From Nitrososphaerota archaeon (GTDB lineage: Archaea > Thermoproteota > Nitrososphaeria_A > Caldarchaeales > Calditenuaceae): a DNA stretch of 46,422 nt. The position numbers and the translations under genes are program-made. The DNA lies in assembly GCA_033581555.1 (NCBI GenBank), contig JAVQSZ010000008.1:47433-93854 (forward strand). The letters are read 5' to 3'. Under the pieces are notes generated by a model, which was not told the DNA's origin, searched no databases, and saw only the letters and a program-made list of their open reading frames with translations. Positions 18,946 to 27,332 of this stretch are shown one piece after another (within the stretch, counting starts at the first letter, position 1; every line of letters starts with the position of its first letter).

Positions 18946-19947
18946 TCACCGGCGGCGCCTGAGGGCCAGGAGGGCTCCCACCGCGACGACCGCGATCACG
19001 ACGGCTATGATGGGGAGCAGCATCGAAACATCGAGTGGCTGTGCCTCGGTCCTAGTTGGCGTCGGTGTAGGTGTGGGGGTAAGTGTTGGTGTCGGTCGAG
19101 GAGTGGGAGTTGGCGTCGGCGTCGGTTGAGGCGTGGCCTCGGTCAGAACGGTCGTGATGACCGTCACTGTCGTGATCGTGGTGCCTGGCCGAACGACGGT
19201 CGTCGTCCTAGTGGTACCGGGAACGACTGTCACCACGGAGATGGTCGTAGCAGGAATAGTGGTGGTAATGACCTCTGTCTCCCCCTTCTTGGTGGTCGTG
19301 AAGGTCGTCGTGAGCCTGACCGTCGGTACCTCTCCCGGCGAAAAGGTCATCGTGAAGCCCGGTATTTCCAAGGTCTGCCCCGCCATCGCAAGGACAAAAG
19401 TTGCCGGTAACCTCTCAGGCTCGAACCTCTGTCTGACTATCTCATAGGCTACGTTGCAGGCTTCCTCAAAGACACCGTAAATCGACAAGGGGTATGTGAA
19501 GACCACTGTAACGAAGCCAGCAGTCATCGTGGTCACCGTCTCCAACTGGAGGAAGCCACTTGTGGTGACCCTAGTAGGGAGCGCGCTGGTTATCGCCGTT
19601 GAGAAGGGCTGACTGACCACGAAGGTCGCTGTCGTACCAGGGAAGGTCAGGGTCGTCCCAGCGAAGGAGATCACCGTCGGTTGCTCCCTAGAGGCGAACC
19701 TCACGACGCATACCTGGTCCTGCACCTCAATGCTCATGATCATTCTGACGCGTGGCGATTCAACATAAAGCGACACGGTGCTGCCCTGCGCGGTTATGAC
19801 CGTCACAACCGTAGTCCCAGGCGACACGACCATCGTGGTGACCGTCCTGGTTACCGTGGTGGCGTTGAGGACCGGGTAGACCAGCCCTAGGGCGAGGAAC
19901 GTCGCCGTCGCGAAGATCAGGAAGAACCTCTTCGCGTCAAAACCCAT
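18946..19947 (-). CDS. Thr-rich secreted surface protein with Pro-Thr linker and C-terminal membrane anchor
   Basis: Signal peptide, T/V-rich body, (PT)n linker, TM helix ending LRRRR; TATA-like GTTATATT upstream and T-tract downstream. Confidence 0.8.
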   Translation of the reverse strand: MGFDAKRFFLIFATATFLALGLVYPVLNATTVTRTVTTMVVSPGTTVVTVITAQGSTVSLYVESPRVRMIMSIEVQDQVCVVRFASREQPTVISFAGTTLTFPGTTATFVVSQPFSTAITSALPTRVTTSGFLQLETVTTMTAGFVTVVFTYPLSIYGVFEEACNVAYEIVRQRFEPERLPATFVLAMAGQTLEIPGFTMTFSPGEVPTVRLTTTFTTTKKGETEVITTTIPATTISVVTVVPGTTRTTTVVRPGTTITTVTVITTVLTEATPQPTPTPTPTPRPTPTLTPTPTPTPTRTEAQPLDVSMLLPIIAVVIAVVAVGALLALRRRR

Positions 19948-20072
19948 GAAAATTTTGTTAAGGGCCCGAATATAACTATGAGCCCATGAACTCCTCGCTG
20001 TCGCAAGAACCCTGGCCGGAGCGGTCTCTGCTGAGCAACCTAATATTGAGGGCGGGCCAATCGGAGGCCGGC

Positions 20073-20173
20073 GCCCCGGTAGCTCAGTCTGGTCAGAGCA
20101 CCGGCTTGGTAAACCTCGGGGCCGCGAAGGTACAGGGAGCCGGGGGTCGCGGGTTCAAGTCCCGCCCGGGGCT
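20073..20173 (+). tRNA. tRNA-Thr(GGT) with 26-nt intron at 37/38 (about 20112-20137)
   Basis: Acceptor GCCCCGG/CCGGGGC+T, anticodon stem CCGGC/GCCGG, loop TT-GGT-A, intron helix ACCT/AGGT, T-arm GCGGG-TTCAAGT-CCCGC. Confidence 0.9.
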
Positions 20174-20271
20174 CGCGACTTAGGTGAACAGCCGAGTACA
20201 CCGCGACGTAGCGGAATCGGACTACTCCCGCCGGCCATCCTAATATGCGGCGGGGGCGACATCGGACGGGA

Positions 20272-21240
20272 ATGATGGTGGTGACGGGCGCGTTCGGCTT
20301 CATCGGGAGCCACCTCGTCGAGGCGCTGATCGCCTCCGGTGCTGACGTACTGGCGGTCGGGCATCCCACGACAGGGCCGAGGGAGTTGGGGGAGCTCCTG
20401 AGGGCGCGGGGCCCGGGCGGGACGACTCCGGTCCTGATGGACCTCAGGTCGGCGGAGCAGGTCTTCCAGCTCTTCAAGAGCCACGATCCCGAGAGGGTCT
20501 TCCACCTCGCGGCGATGTCGTCGCACAGGCTGAGCCTGCTCCAGCCTCACACCTTCATCGAGAACAACGTGATGGCGCTCTTGAACGTCCTCGAGGCCGC
20601 GAGGAGGTGCGAGCCCTCCCCGAGGGTGGTCTTCGCGTCGTCGAGCAGCGTCTACGGAGACCAGAGGCCTCCCCACTCGGAGGACATGCCGCCCAGGCCC
20701 AAGGGGCCCTACGCGCTCAGCAAGTGGATCGGGGAGGAGCTCGTGAGGGGCTACGCTTCCGACTACGGGTTAGACGCGGTCGTCGTGAGGTACTTCAACG
20801 TCGTCGGGGAGAGGTGCAGAACCCACAACGTCTTCAGGGTCTTCGCGGACAGGATAGCCTTGGGACAGGCCGTGGAGGTAAACGGCAGGACTGTCGACGG
20901 CGTCTTCAGGCCCGCAACGAGGGACTTCGTCTACGTCGGCGACGCGGTCGAGGCTACGGTCCTTGCGTCCGAGAGGGGCAGAAGGGGAGAGGCCTACAAC
21001 GTCGGCAGGGGGGAGCCGGTCAACGTCGAGGAGCTGGCGCACGAGATGATGACGGCGATCGGGAGGAGGGTAGACGTGGTCAGGAGGGAGCTCGCGCACC
21101 ACGAGTCGCTCGAGAGCTACGGTGACGTCAGCAAGGCCAGGAGGGAGCTCGGGTGGTCCCCTAGGACGGACCTGCGCACGATGGTCAGGAGGTACGTCAG
21201 GTGGTATCTGTCCGAAAGGGCCGGGACAGGCCCTGAGTGA
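20272..21240 (+). CDS. NAD-dependent epimerase/dehydratase (extended SDR)
   Basis: VTGAFGFIG, FHLAA, ASSSSVYG, YALSK, RYFNV, RDFVYVGD. Confidence 0.92.
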   Translation: MMVVTGAFGFIGSHLVEALIASGADVLAVGHPTTGPRELGELLRARGPGGTTPVLMDLRSAEQVFQLFKSHDPERVFHLAAMSSHRLSLLQPHTFIENNVMALLNVLEAARRCEPSPRVVFASSSSVYGDQRPPHSEDMPPRPKGPYALSKWIGEELVRGYASDYGLDAVVVRYFNVVGERCRTHNVFRVFADRIALGQAVEVNGRTVDGVFRPATRDFVYVGDAVEATVLASERGRRGEAYNVGRGEPVNVEELAHEMMTAIGRRVDVVRRELAHHESLESYGDVSKARRELGWSPRTDLRTMVRRYVRWYLSERAGTGPE

Positions 21241-21243
21241 GGC

Positions 21244-22608
21244 TCACCCGTCCGCGGGCCCGAGTCCGATCGCCCTGAACCTGAACTTCCCGGAGAACTC
21301 TTTCGGGTCGTAGACTCTCCTGCCGTCTATCAGCGCTGGCTCCTTCATCAGCGACGCGAAGACCTCGGGCCTGAGCGACCTGAACTGGTCCCACTCGGTC
21401 GCGAGGACGCAGAGGTCCGCGCCCTCCAGGCACTCCTCCACCGAGCCGACCACTTCCGCCGTGTCCCCGAGCTCCCTCCTCGCGTTCTCCCCGGCGGCCG
21501 GGTCATAGGCCCTGACCTCTGCACCCCTCTGCGCGAAGAGCCTAACGAGCTTCAACGCCGGGGACTCCCTGACGTCGTCGGTGTTCGGCTTGAAAGCCAG
21601 CCCTAGGACCGCGACCCTCTTCCCCATCAGGTCACCTAAGAGCTCCTCCGCCGTTCTAACGACCACCGAGGGCTGGAGCTCGTTCACCTCGTAGACCGCT
21701 CTCGTGATCCTCGGATCGTGCCCGAGCTCCCTCGAGAGCGCGACGATCGCCCTTATGTCCTTCGGGAAGCAGCTCCCCCCGAACCCTATCCCGGCCCTGA
21801 GGAAGTGCGGGCCTATCCGCTCGTCGAGTCCGATCCCCTCTGCGACGACCTTAACGTCCGCGCCCGGAATGAGCTGGCAGAGGTTCGCGAACTCGTTGAT
21901 CAGGCTGACCCTCGCCGCGAGGAAGACGTTGTTCGCGTATTTTATCAGCTCGGCGTTAACGTAATTCGTCTTCAGTACAGGTGGCATCCTCCTCCGGTAA
22001 AGCCTCCTGTAGAGCTCGAGGAGCAAGTCAGAGGACCCGTCGCCCGCGTCGCCGAGGACGATCCTGTCTGGCTCGAGCATATCCCTCACCGCGGACCCCT
22101 CCCTCAGGAACTCGGGGTTGACGCAGACGAAGAGACCTTCCCCGACCCTCTTCCCGCTGGAGGACTCGAGCGTCGGGACGACCACCTTCCCGGTAGTCCC
22201 GGGGACGACGGTGCTCTTCACTACGACCAGATGACCGTCGGGCTTTCCGCGCAGCGCCTCGCCGATCGACCTGCTCGCCTCCCTGACGTACCTGAGGTCG
22301 ATGCTCCCGTCGGAGTTGCTGGGGGTGCCGACGGTGACGAAGGTGACCGAGGTCTCCCTGACCGCAGTGTAGTCGGTCGTGGCCGCGAGGGTCCCCCTGG
22401 AGACGGACCTCCTTACAAGCCTGTCGAGCCCCGGCTCGTGGATAGGACACCTCCCGGAGGAGACTGCCGAGACCCTCTCACGGTCGACGTCGATCCCGGT
22501 GACCCTGAAGCCCCTTGAGGCGAGGACGGCCGCGACCGTGAGGCCGACGTACCCCAGCCCGACGACTGAGACACTTGTGACGTCGATGGACCCCGAGGCC
22601 CCGCTCAA
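21244..22608 (-). CDS. ugd: UDP-glucose/GDP-mannose dehydrogenase
   Basis: GLGYVG, VGTPS, KSTVVPG, NPEFLREG, GFGGSCFPKD, LGLAFKPNTDDVRESP; TTG 22608 overlaps the upstream stop. Confidence 0.93.
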   Translation of the reverse strand: MSGASGSIDVTSVSVVGLGYVGLTVAAVLASRGFRVTGIDVDRERVSAVSSGRCPIHEPGLDRLVRRSVSRGTLAATTDYTAVRETSVTFVTVGTPSNSDGSIDLRYVREASRSIGEALRGKPDGHLVVVKSTVVPGTTGKVVVPTLESSSGKRVGEGLFVCVNPEFLREGSAVRDMLEPDRIVLGDAGDGSSDLLLELYRRLYRRRMPPVLKTNYVNAELIKYANNVFLAARVSLINEFANLCQLIPGADVKVVAEGIGLDERIGPHFLRAGIGFGGSCFPKDIRAIVALSRELGHDPRITRAVYEVNELQPSVVVRTAEELLGDLMGKRVAVLGLAFKPNTDDVRESPALKLVRLFAQRGAEVRAYDPAAGENARRELGDTAEVVGSVEECLEGADLCVLATEWDQFRSLRPEVFASLMKEPALIDGRRVYDPKEFSGKFRFRAIGLGPADG

Positions 22609-23465
22609 CGGACTGCACCGGCCGCGATCGCGTAGGAGACCCTGATCGCCTCGAAGTAGGACTCGGGAGTCCCTACGTCGAGCCAGACGTCGGACTCGGG
22701 GAGCCTGACCGCCATCACGGACCTCCCCCTCTCGATCAGGAGCTGGATCGCGTCGGTCAGCTGGACCTCCCCGCCGTGGCCGGGTCCGATCGACCCGAGC
22801 GCGTCGAAGACCTCGGGCGTGAAGACGTAGAAGGGGAGGATGGCGAGGTCGCTGGGGGGAACCTGGGGCTTCTCGACCACCCTGAGCACCCTGAGCCTGC
22901 CGACGGAACCGTCCTCGACCACCGCGACTCCGAACCTCCTCGGGTCCTCGACCGACTTGAGGAGGAGCGCGGCGTCGCACGAGTGGTCGACCCTCAAGGC
23001 CTCGAGCGACCTGAGGAACCCGTTGTCGGGAGAGTGGACGTAGGTGTCGCCGGCGCAGAGGAGGAACTCCTCGTCGACGAACGGCCGAGACCTCAGGACC
23101 GCGTCGCCGAACCCGAGGGGCGCGGGCTGGTTCACCCAGACCGTGACGGACCTCTCGAGCATCGCGTAGAACCTCTTCAGCTCGGCAGCCTGTCTCGACT
23201 TCCCGTTGGACTCGAGCCTCTCGACGAACTCCCAGTCCGGGGTGAAGTGGTCCTCGATCGCCCTCTTGCCCCTTCCGACGACGAAGCAGAACTCCCTTAT
23301 CCCGAAATCGAAGAACTTCTCGAAGAGGACTTGGAGGAGGGGCTTGAGGACCGGGCCGGACTCGCCCCTGACGAAGATCGGGAGCATCTCCTTCGGCATC
23401 TCCTTCGTCGCGGGGATCAGCCTCGTCCCGAGGCCAGCAGCGGTGATCACCGCCTTCCTGATCAT
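22605..23465 (-). CDS. galU: UTP-glucose-1-phosphate uridylyltransferase-like nucleotidyltransferase
   Basis: KAVITAAGLGTRLIPATKEMPKEMLP, QPAPLGFGDAV, VVEKP, GEVQLTDAI; start ATG 23465. Confidence 0.88.
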   Translation of the reverse strand: MIRKAVITAAGLGTRLIPATKEMPKEMLPIFVRGESGPVLKPLLQVLFEKFFDFGIREFCFVVGRGKRAIEDHFTPDWEFVERLESNGKSRQAAELKRFYAMLERSVTVWVNQPAPLGFGDAVLRSRPFVDEEFLLCAGDTYVHSPDNGFLRSLEALRVDHSCDAALLLKSVEDPRRFGVAVVEDGSVGRLRVLRVVEKPQVPPSDLAILPFYVFTPEVFDALGSIGPGHGGEVQLTDAIQLLIERGRSVMAVRLPESDVWLDVGTPESYFEAIRVSYAIAAGAVR

Positions 23466-23622
23466 CGGCGTCTCGTGTCCCGGACCGAATATAGTCCTTG
23501 CCTTTCCAAGGCGCGGAACTTCACGTCCTGTGGCGGCGGTCGGTGCGGGGATCCGGGGCGCAGGACCCCGGGGTGGGCTCGCTACGTATAAGAGAAGGGA
23601 GCGGGCTCTGGCGGGGAAGGAG

Positions 23623-24039
23623 ATGCAGCTGAGGCTCCAGAGGAGGCTCGCGGCGGACCTACTGGGGGTGGGCGAGAACAGGGTGAGGTTCGACCCCGAG
23701 AGGCTCGAGGACGTAGAGGACGCGATCACGAGGGAAGACGTGAGGGCGCTGATCGAGGAGGGCGCGATCTACGCGGCCCCGGTCGAGGGCCAGACGCGCC
23801 TCCGGGTCAAGGAGAGGAGGGTCAGGAAGGGAGGGAAGTACTCGGTCCTGACGAGGAAGGAGAGGTGGGCGATGAGGGTGAGGGCGCAGAGGAGGTACCT
23901 GAAGAGGCTGAGGGACGCAGGGATCATCGACAGGAGCACCTACAGGAAGCTGTACCTCCAAGCGAAGGCCGGCAGGTTCAAGTCGGTCGCGGACATCAGG
24001 AACCTCCTGATCGAGATGGGGAAGCTCGAGAAGGGGTGA
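23623..24039 (+). CDS. rpl19e: 50S ribosomal protein L19e
   Basis: LRLQRRLAADLLGVGENRVRFDP, AITREDVR, KERW, YRKLYLQAKAGRF. Confidence 0.95.
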   Translation: MQLRLQRRLAADLLGVGENRVRFDPERLEDVEDAITREDVRALIEEGAIYAAPVEGQTRLRVKERRVRKGGKYSVLTRKERWAMRVRAQRRYLKRLRDAGIIDRSTYRKLYLQAKAGRFKSVADIRNLLIEMGKLEKG

Positions 24040-24046
24040 GCGCGCG

Positions 24047-24619
24047 TTGAGCGAGCTGAAGCGGAGGCCTCCGAGGAGGAGAAGGGAGGGAATCACCGAC
24101 TACAGGGCGAGGTACAGGATGGTCAAATCCACTAGACCGAGGCTCGTCGTGAGGAGGACCAACAGGCACGTGATCGTCCAGCTGGTGCAATCCAGGGCCG
24201 GAGGCGACCTGACCGTATTCACGGTGAACTCCGCATCACTCAGGAAGTTCGGCTGGAAGGCCGGGCTGAAGAACACCCCGGCGGCCTACCTCACCGGTTA
24301 CCTCGCGGGGCTGATCGCGAAGTCCAAAGGGTTTTCGGAGGCGATCGCGGACATAGGGATGAGGACGCCGTCGAAGGGCGCGAGAGTCTTCGCGGTCGTG
24401 AAGGGCGCGATCGACGCCGGGCTCTCGATACCGGCCTCGGAGGAAGTCTTCCCTGACGATTCGAGGGTTCGTGGGGAGGTCATCGCGGAGCACGTGGAGT
24501 CCCTAGGGGCGGAGGCCGCGAAGAGGTTCAGCGCCTCTGACCTGGAGACGCTCAGGAACCTGCCGGAGCACTTCGAGGAGGTCCTGGACAGGATAAGGGG
24601 ATCCGTCCGGGCCGGCTGA
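24047..24619 (+). CDS. rpl18: 50S ribosomal protein L18 (uL18)
   Basis: RRRREGITDYRAR, RLVVRRTN, NTPAAYLTG, RVFAVVKGAIDAGL. Confidence 0.96.
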   Translation: MSELKRRPPRRRREGITDYRARYRMVKSTRPRLVVRRTNRHVIVQLVQSRAGGDLTVFTVNSASLRKFGWKAGLKNTPAAYLTGYLAGLIAKSKGFSEAIADIGMRTPSKGARVFAVVKGAIDAGLSIPASEEVFPDDSRVRGEVIAEHVESLGAEAAKRFSASDLETLRNLPEHFEEVLDRIRGSVRAG

Positions 24620-24626
24620 GGGCCGC

Positions 24627-24911
24627 TCAGACGAACTCGGTCGGCCTCCTCTCGTCTCTGGCCCTGACCTTGAGGACGCCGTAGTGGATCGCGCAGGAGA
24701 TGCAGAGGTTCTCGGTGATGACGTTCTCCGCGATGTACGCGCCCATCGACTTCAGCTCCCTCGCGAGGTCACCCTTAACCAGCGAGACCCTCCTCGTGAC
24801 CCGCTGGACCTTACTCCTCGGGACGAAGGCGCCGCAGTTGTCGCACTGGATCATCGACTCCGCTCCCTTCTGGCCCTTCGCCCTCCCCCTGTTCTTCCTC
24901 TTGGCAGGCAA
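24627..24911 (-). CDS. rps26e: 30S ribosomal protein S26e
   Basis: PAKRKNRGRAKG, CDNCGAFVPR, CISCAIH, VRAR. Confidence 0.96.
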   Translation of the reverse strand: MPAKRKNRGRAKGQKGAESMIQCDNCGAFVPRSKVQRVTRRVSLVKGDLARELKSMGAYIAENVITENLCISCAIHYGVLKVRARDERRPTEFV

Positions 24912-25019
24912 TCAGCCCACCAGCTCCACAAGTCCGCGCTTCCCAATAAGCTCTCGCCCTGCCCTTCGGACACAGAGGTCCAACCGGAGCGCCGAGCGAC
25001 TGACCTTCTCGCGCGGAAG

Positions 25020-25027
25020 TTTATATC
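25020..25027 (+). promoter_or_regulatory. TATA box of tRNA-Gly
   Basis: TTTATATC preceded by purine-rich GGAAG about 25-30 nt upstream of the tRNA. Confidence 0.6.
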
Positions 25028-25050
25028 TCGAGCAGGTGAAGAACGAAGTG

Positions 25051-25138
25051 GCGGCCGTCGTCTAGCCTGGACTAGGACGGCGGGTTTCCGACCGAGGGAG
25101 ATGCCCGCAGGTCCCGGGTTCAAATCCCGGCGGCCGCA
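25051..25138 (+). tRNA. tRNA-Gly(TCC) with a short (~12-nt) intron at 37/38 (about 25091-25102)
   Basis: Acceptor GCGGCCG/CGGCCGC+A, anticodon stem GCGGG/CCCGC, loop TT-TCC-G, T-arm CCGGG-TTCAAAT-CCCGG. Confidence 0.9.
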
Positions 25139-25252
25139 CTAACCTCTCCACACTAGATCAGAAAGAGGTGATGCCAGGTTAACATGTTATTCTGAGTTCC
25201 GAGGATCCTAAATTCTAATCGGGGAGGGACTGCGTCAACCTCACTGTAGTTT

Positions 25253-25600
25253 CTAAAGTTTCCAACACTTTCCCGTTATTGTAAATCCGACTCTATCGAA
25301 AAACTCCAGGGAATAACCTCAGGGACGTAAACGTAATGAACGCTTTCCCCCGAAAGTGTTAGGCTTCCTCGGGGAATGTCTAAGTCGTGCTCGCCCTCAT
25401 ACGTAAGAAGGGACCGCTCGAGGGAAACCCCTGGTCCATCACCAGAGCCTTTGCGTAGGACAGAAGTCTATAGTCCGTACGGAAAGCAAATATCTTGTGA
25501 TATCCGGCCGAATATACATCGCGTGCCACACCTTTTCGAGGGTACCTCGTGGGTTAGTCGTTCAGCCCAGAAATTTGGGCGCTCCGGCGCGGCGTGGAGA
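25253..25600 (-). pseudogene. Degenerate LAGLIDADG-type endonuclease fragment
   Basis: Minus-strand pieces across frameshifts and stops: KIFAFRTDYRLLSYAKALVMDQGFPSSGPFL, then HYVYVP, then YSLEFFDRVGFTITGKCWKL*. These resemble the NTD..LL..v..lL...Gi and F...IGF.i.RK..KL pattern; lower GC. Confidence 0.45.
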
Positions 25601-25772
25601 TCGGACGAAGCGTTCGTGGAGCCTATTTGGGTGACCTTCCAGTATATCCCCGGAGAGGTTACGATGTCGGTGTTCGATGAGCATTCGCCGGTCGGCCGGA
25701 TGACGACCTGACACGCGATGAGCACCCAGATCGGAGGGTGACGTACGTAATTCATCACTGTAAAAGAACAGT

Positions 25773-25794
25773 GGTTCAGGTTCCCCGCGGCCGC
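25773..25794 (+). repeat. Degenerate direct copy of the tRNA-Gly 3' end (possible old att site)
   Basis: GGTTCAGGTTCCCCGCGGCCGC versus tRNA 25117-25137 GGTTCAAATCCCGGCGGCCGC. Confidence 0.4.
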
Positions 25795-25888
25795 GGCGGC
25801 GCTCTACCTCCAGCTATCGGGTCGACGGCGTGCTGGAAAGTTCGGATCAAAACAAAGCGAAGGACCGTTGCTGGGTCAGCGGAGCAGC

Positions 25889-26065
25889 TCAGAAGTCCTC
25901 CTTGATGATCGTCTTCCTGTTGTTGGCCTGGCACCTCTTCACCGCCTTCATCACTGCCTCCTTCACGAGCTCGTTGAGGCCCTCGAGCGCGTCCTCCCTG
26001 AGCCTTATCCCCTCAGGGAGCAACTCTCTGACCTTCGTCTCCACGACCAGCGAGTCCCGTGGCAA
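25889..26065 (-). CDS. Histone-fold protein with truncated alpha3 (58 aa; not in ORF track)
   Basis: Manual translation MPRDSLVVETKVRELLPEGIRLREDALEGLNELVKEAVMKAVKRCQANNRKTIIKEDF; histone RKTxxxxD motif at the C-terminus; host-like codons; AT-rich TATA-like element at about 26095-26109. Confidence 0.85.
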   Translation of the reverse strand: MPRDSLVVETKVRELLPEGIRLREDALEGLNELVKEAVMKAVKRCQANNRKTIIKEDF

Positions 26066-26169
26066 CTCCGCTCATTAGGTCGGGCGAAGCTCACAATTTA
26101 TGCGTTTAAGCCGGAAATGACGGGATGGGCGGACCGATAATACCTGAAAAACACGTAGATCGGGTCGGT

Positions 26170-26346
26170 TTAGGCGAAGCGCCTCAGGACCCTCTCGAGG
26201 GCATCCCTGTCCGAGAGGACCGCGTAGAGGACCCTGTCGGCCAGCTCCCGCATCGTGAGGCCCCTCTCGAGCGCTTGGCGCTTCAGCATCCCGTGGGTGT
26301 CCCTCCTGACGTAGATGACCTCCCAGTGCTCGTCCCTCTCGGTCAT
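26170..26346 (-). CDS. Ribbon-helix-helix-type DNA-binding protein (58 aa; not in ORF track)
   Basis: Manual translation MTERDEHWEVIYVRRDTHGMLKRQALERGLTMRELADRVLYAVLSDRDALERVLRRFA; ATGA overlap with the capsid stop. Confidence 0.75.
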   Translation of the reverse strand: MTERDEHWEVIYVRRDTHGMLKRQALERGLTMRELADRVLYAVLSDRDALERVLRRFA

Positions 26347-27332
26347 GTCAGCCTCAGTCTCGCGACGGCCTTGGGCTCCGCGACCTTCGTTGCGACGTGC
26401 ATGTAGGCATCTATCCCCGTCAAAGTGCTGCTGACGTCGACCGGCTCGACGATCAGGCTCTGGTAGACGACGCCGACCAGCGACCTCTCAGGGTTCACCA
26501 GCAAGACCCTCTCCCTCGGGACTACCGACGTGACGTGGAAGTCGATCCCGACCGTCGACCTCGACTGCATCCCGGTGGTCTTGTCGAGGGACTCGCCGAA
26601 CATCAGGCTGTCGACGAACTTCTGGTCCTTCAGGAGGTCGTTGTACCTAGCCGGGTGGAGGAAGCACCTGTAGCTGCCGTAAGACGGCGTGAGGTCGGAG
26701 CCGTCGATCGCGGCGCGGAGGTCCAGCAGGTGATCGAGCCTGAGGGGGCCCGCGACCGTCGCGTCCTCCGCTACCTCAGAGGACCTGAGGCCCTCGTAGA
26801 GGCCGTAGACGTGCTCGGTGGCCTTCACCATGATCGCCTCCCCGACGCTCCTCGTGTAGGACTCGACGACCTGCCAGTTGGCGGAGTTGAGGAAGCTCAC
26901 GTCCCAGAGGACCCTGGCCCTGATCCTCCGCCCGTCGGCGTCTAGGTCCGTGTCGATCTCGATGTACCTCGGCGGGGTCGAGACGTCCGGCGTCACGGCA
27001 CCCTTCGCGTCGAAGATCGCTAGGACCTTCGGGACGACCGGGACCTTCACCTTCGCCTCCCTGACCTCGTACCAGGTCCCCATCGCCCTCCAGACCTGCT
27101 TTGGGTAAGCCGCGTCGACCACCTGTCTCACGACCTCCGCGACCGCACCCGCGTCGCTGCTCGTCAGAGCGTGCTTGGCCCAGTACTGGACGAACTTGTT
27201 CCCCATAACCCTCTTCGGGATGTGGCTGAGGAGCTGGGAGTCGACGTCGAGCATCGAGTAGCACCTCCTGCTCAGCAGCGCGGGGTAGACTGCCGCGAGC
27301 TCCTCTAGCCTGGACTTGAGCTCCTCGATCAA
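26343..27332 (-). CDS. Major capsid protein, HK97-like fold
   Basis: 329 aa following portal, protease and decoration genes; E-loop-like KVKVP..., A-domain-like FLHPARYNDLLK, GIDFHVTSVVP, C-terminal KVAEPKAVARL. Confidence 0.75.
   Translation of the reverse strand: MIEELKSRLEELAAVYPALLSRRCYSMLDVDSQLLSHIPKRVMGNKFVQYWAKHALTSSDAGAVAEVVRQVVDAAYPKQVWRAMGTWYEVREAKVKVPVVPKVLAIFDAKGAVTPDVSTPPRYIEIDTDLDADGRRIRARVLWDVSFLNSANWQVVESYTRSVGEAIMVKATEHVYGLYEGLRSSEVAEDATVAGPLRLDHLLDLRAAIDGSDLTPSYGSYRCFLHPARYNDLLKDQKFVDSLMFGESLDKTTGMQSRSTVGIDFHVTSVVPRERVLLVNPERSLVGVVYQSLIVEPVDVSSTLTGIDAYMHVATKVAEPKAVARLRLT

Noticed and set aside
25376-25758. ORFs 25376-25711 (+) and 25468-25758 (-) as intact genes
   Set aside because: Atypical composition; better explained as chance frames over a decayed gene
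26343-27332. Capsid gene as an encapsulin
   Set aside because: Co-encoded with portal, protease and tail genes, with no cargo enzyme
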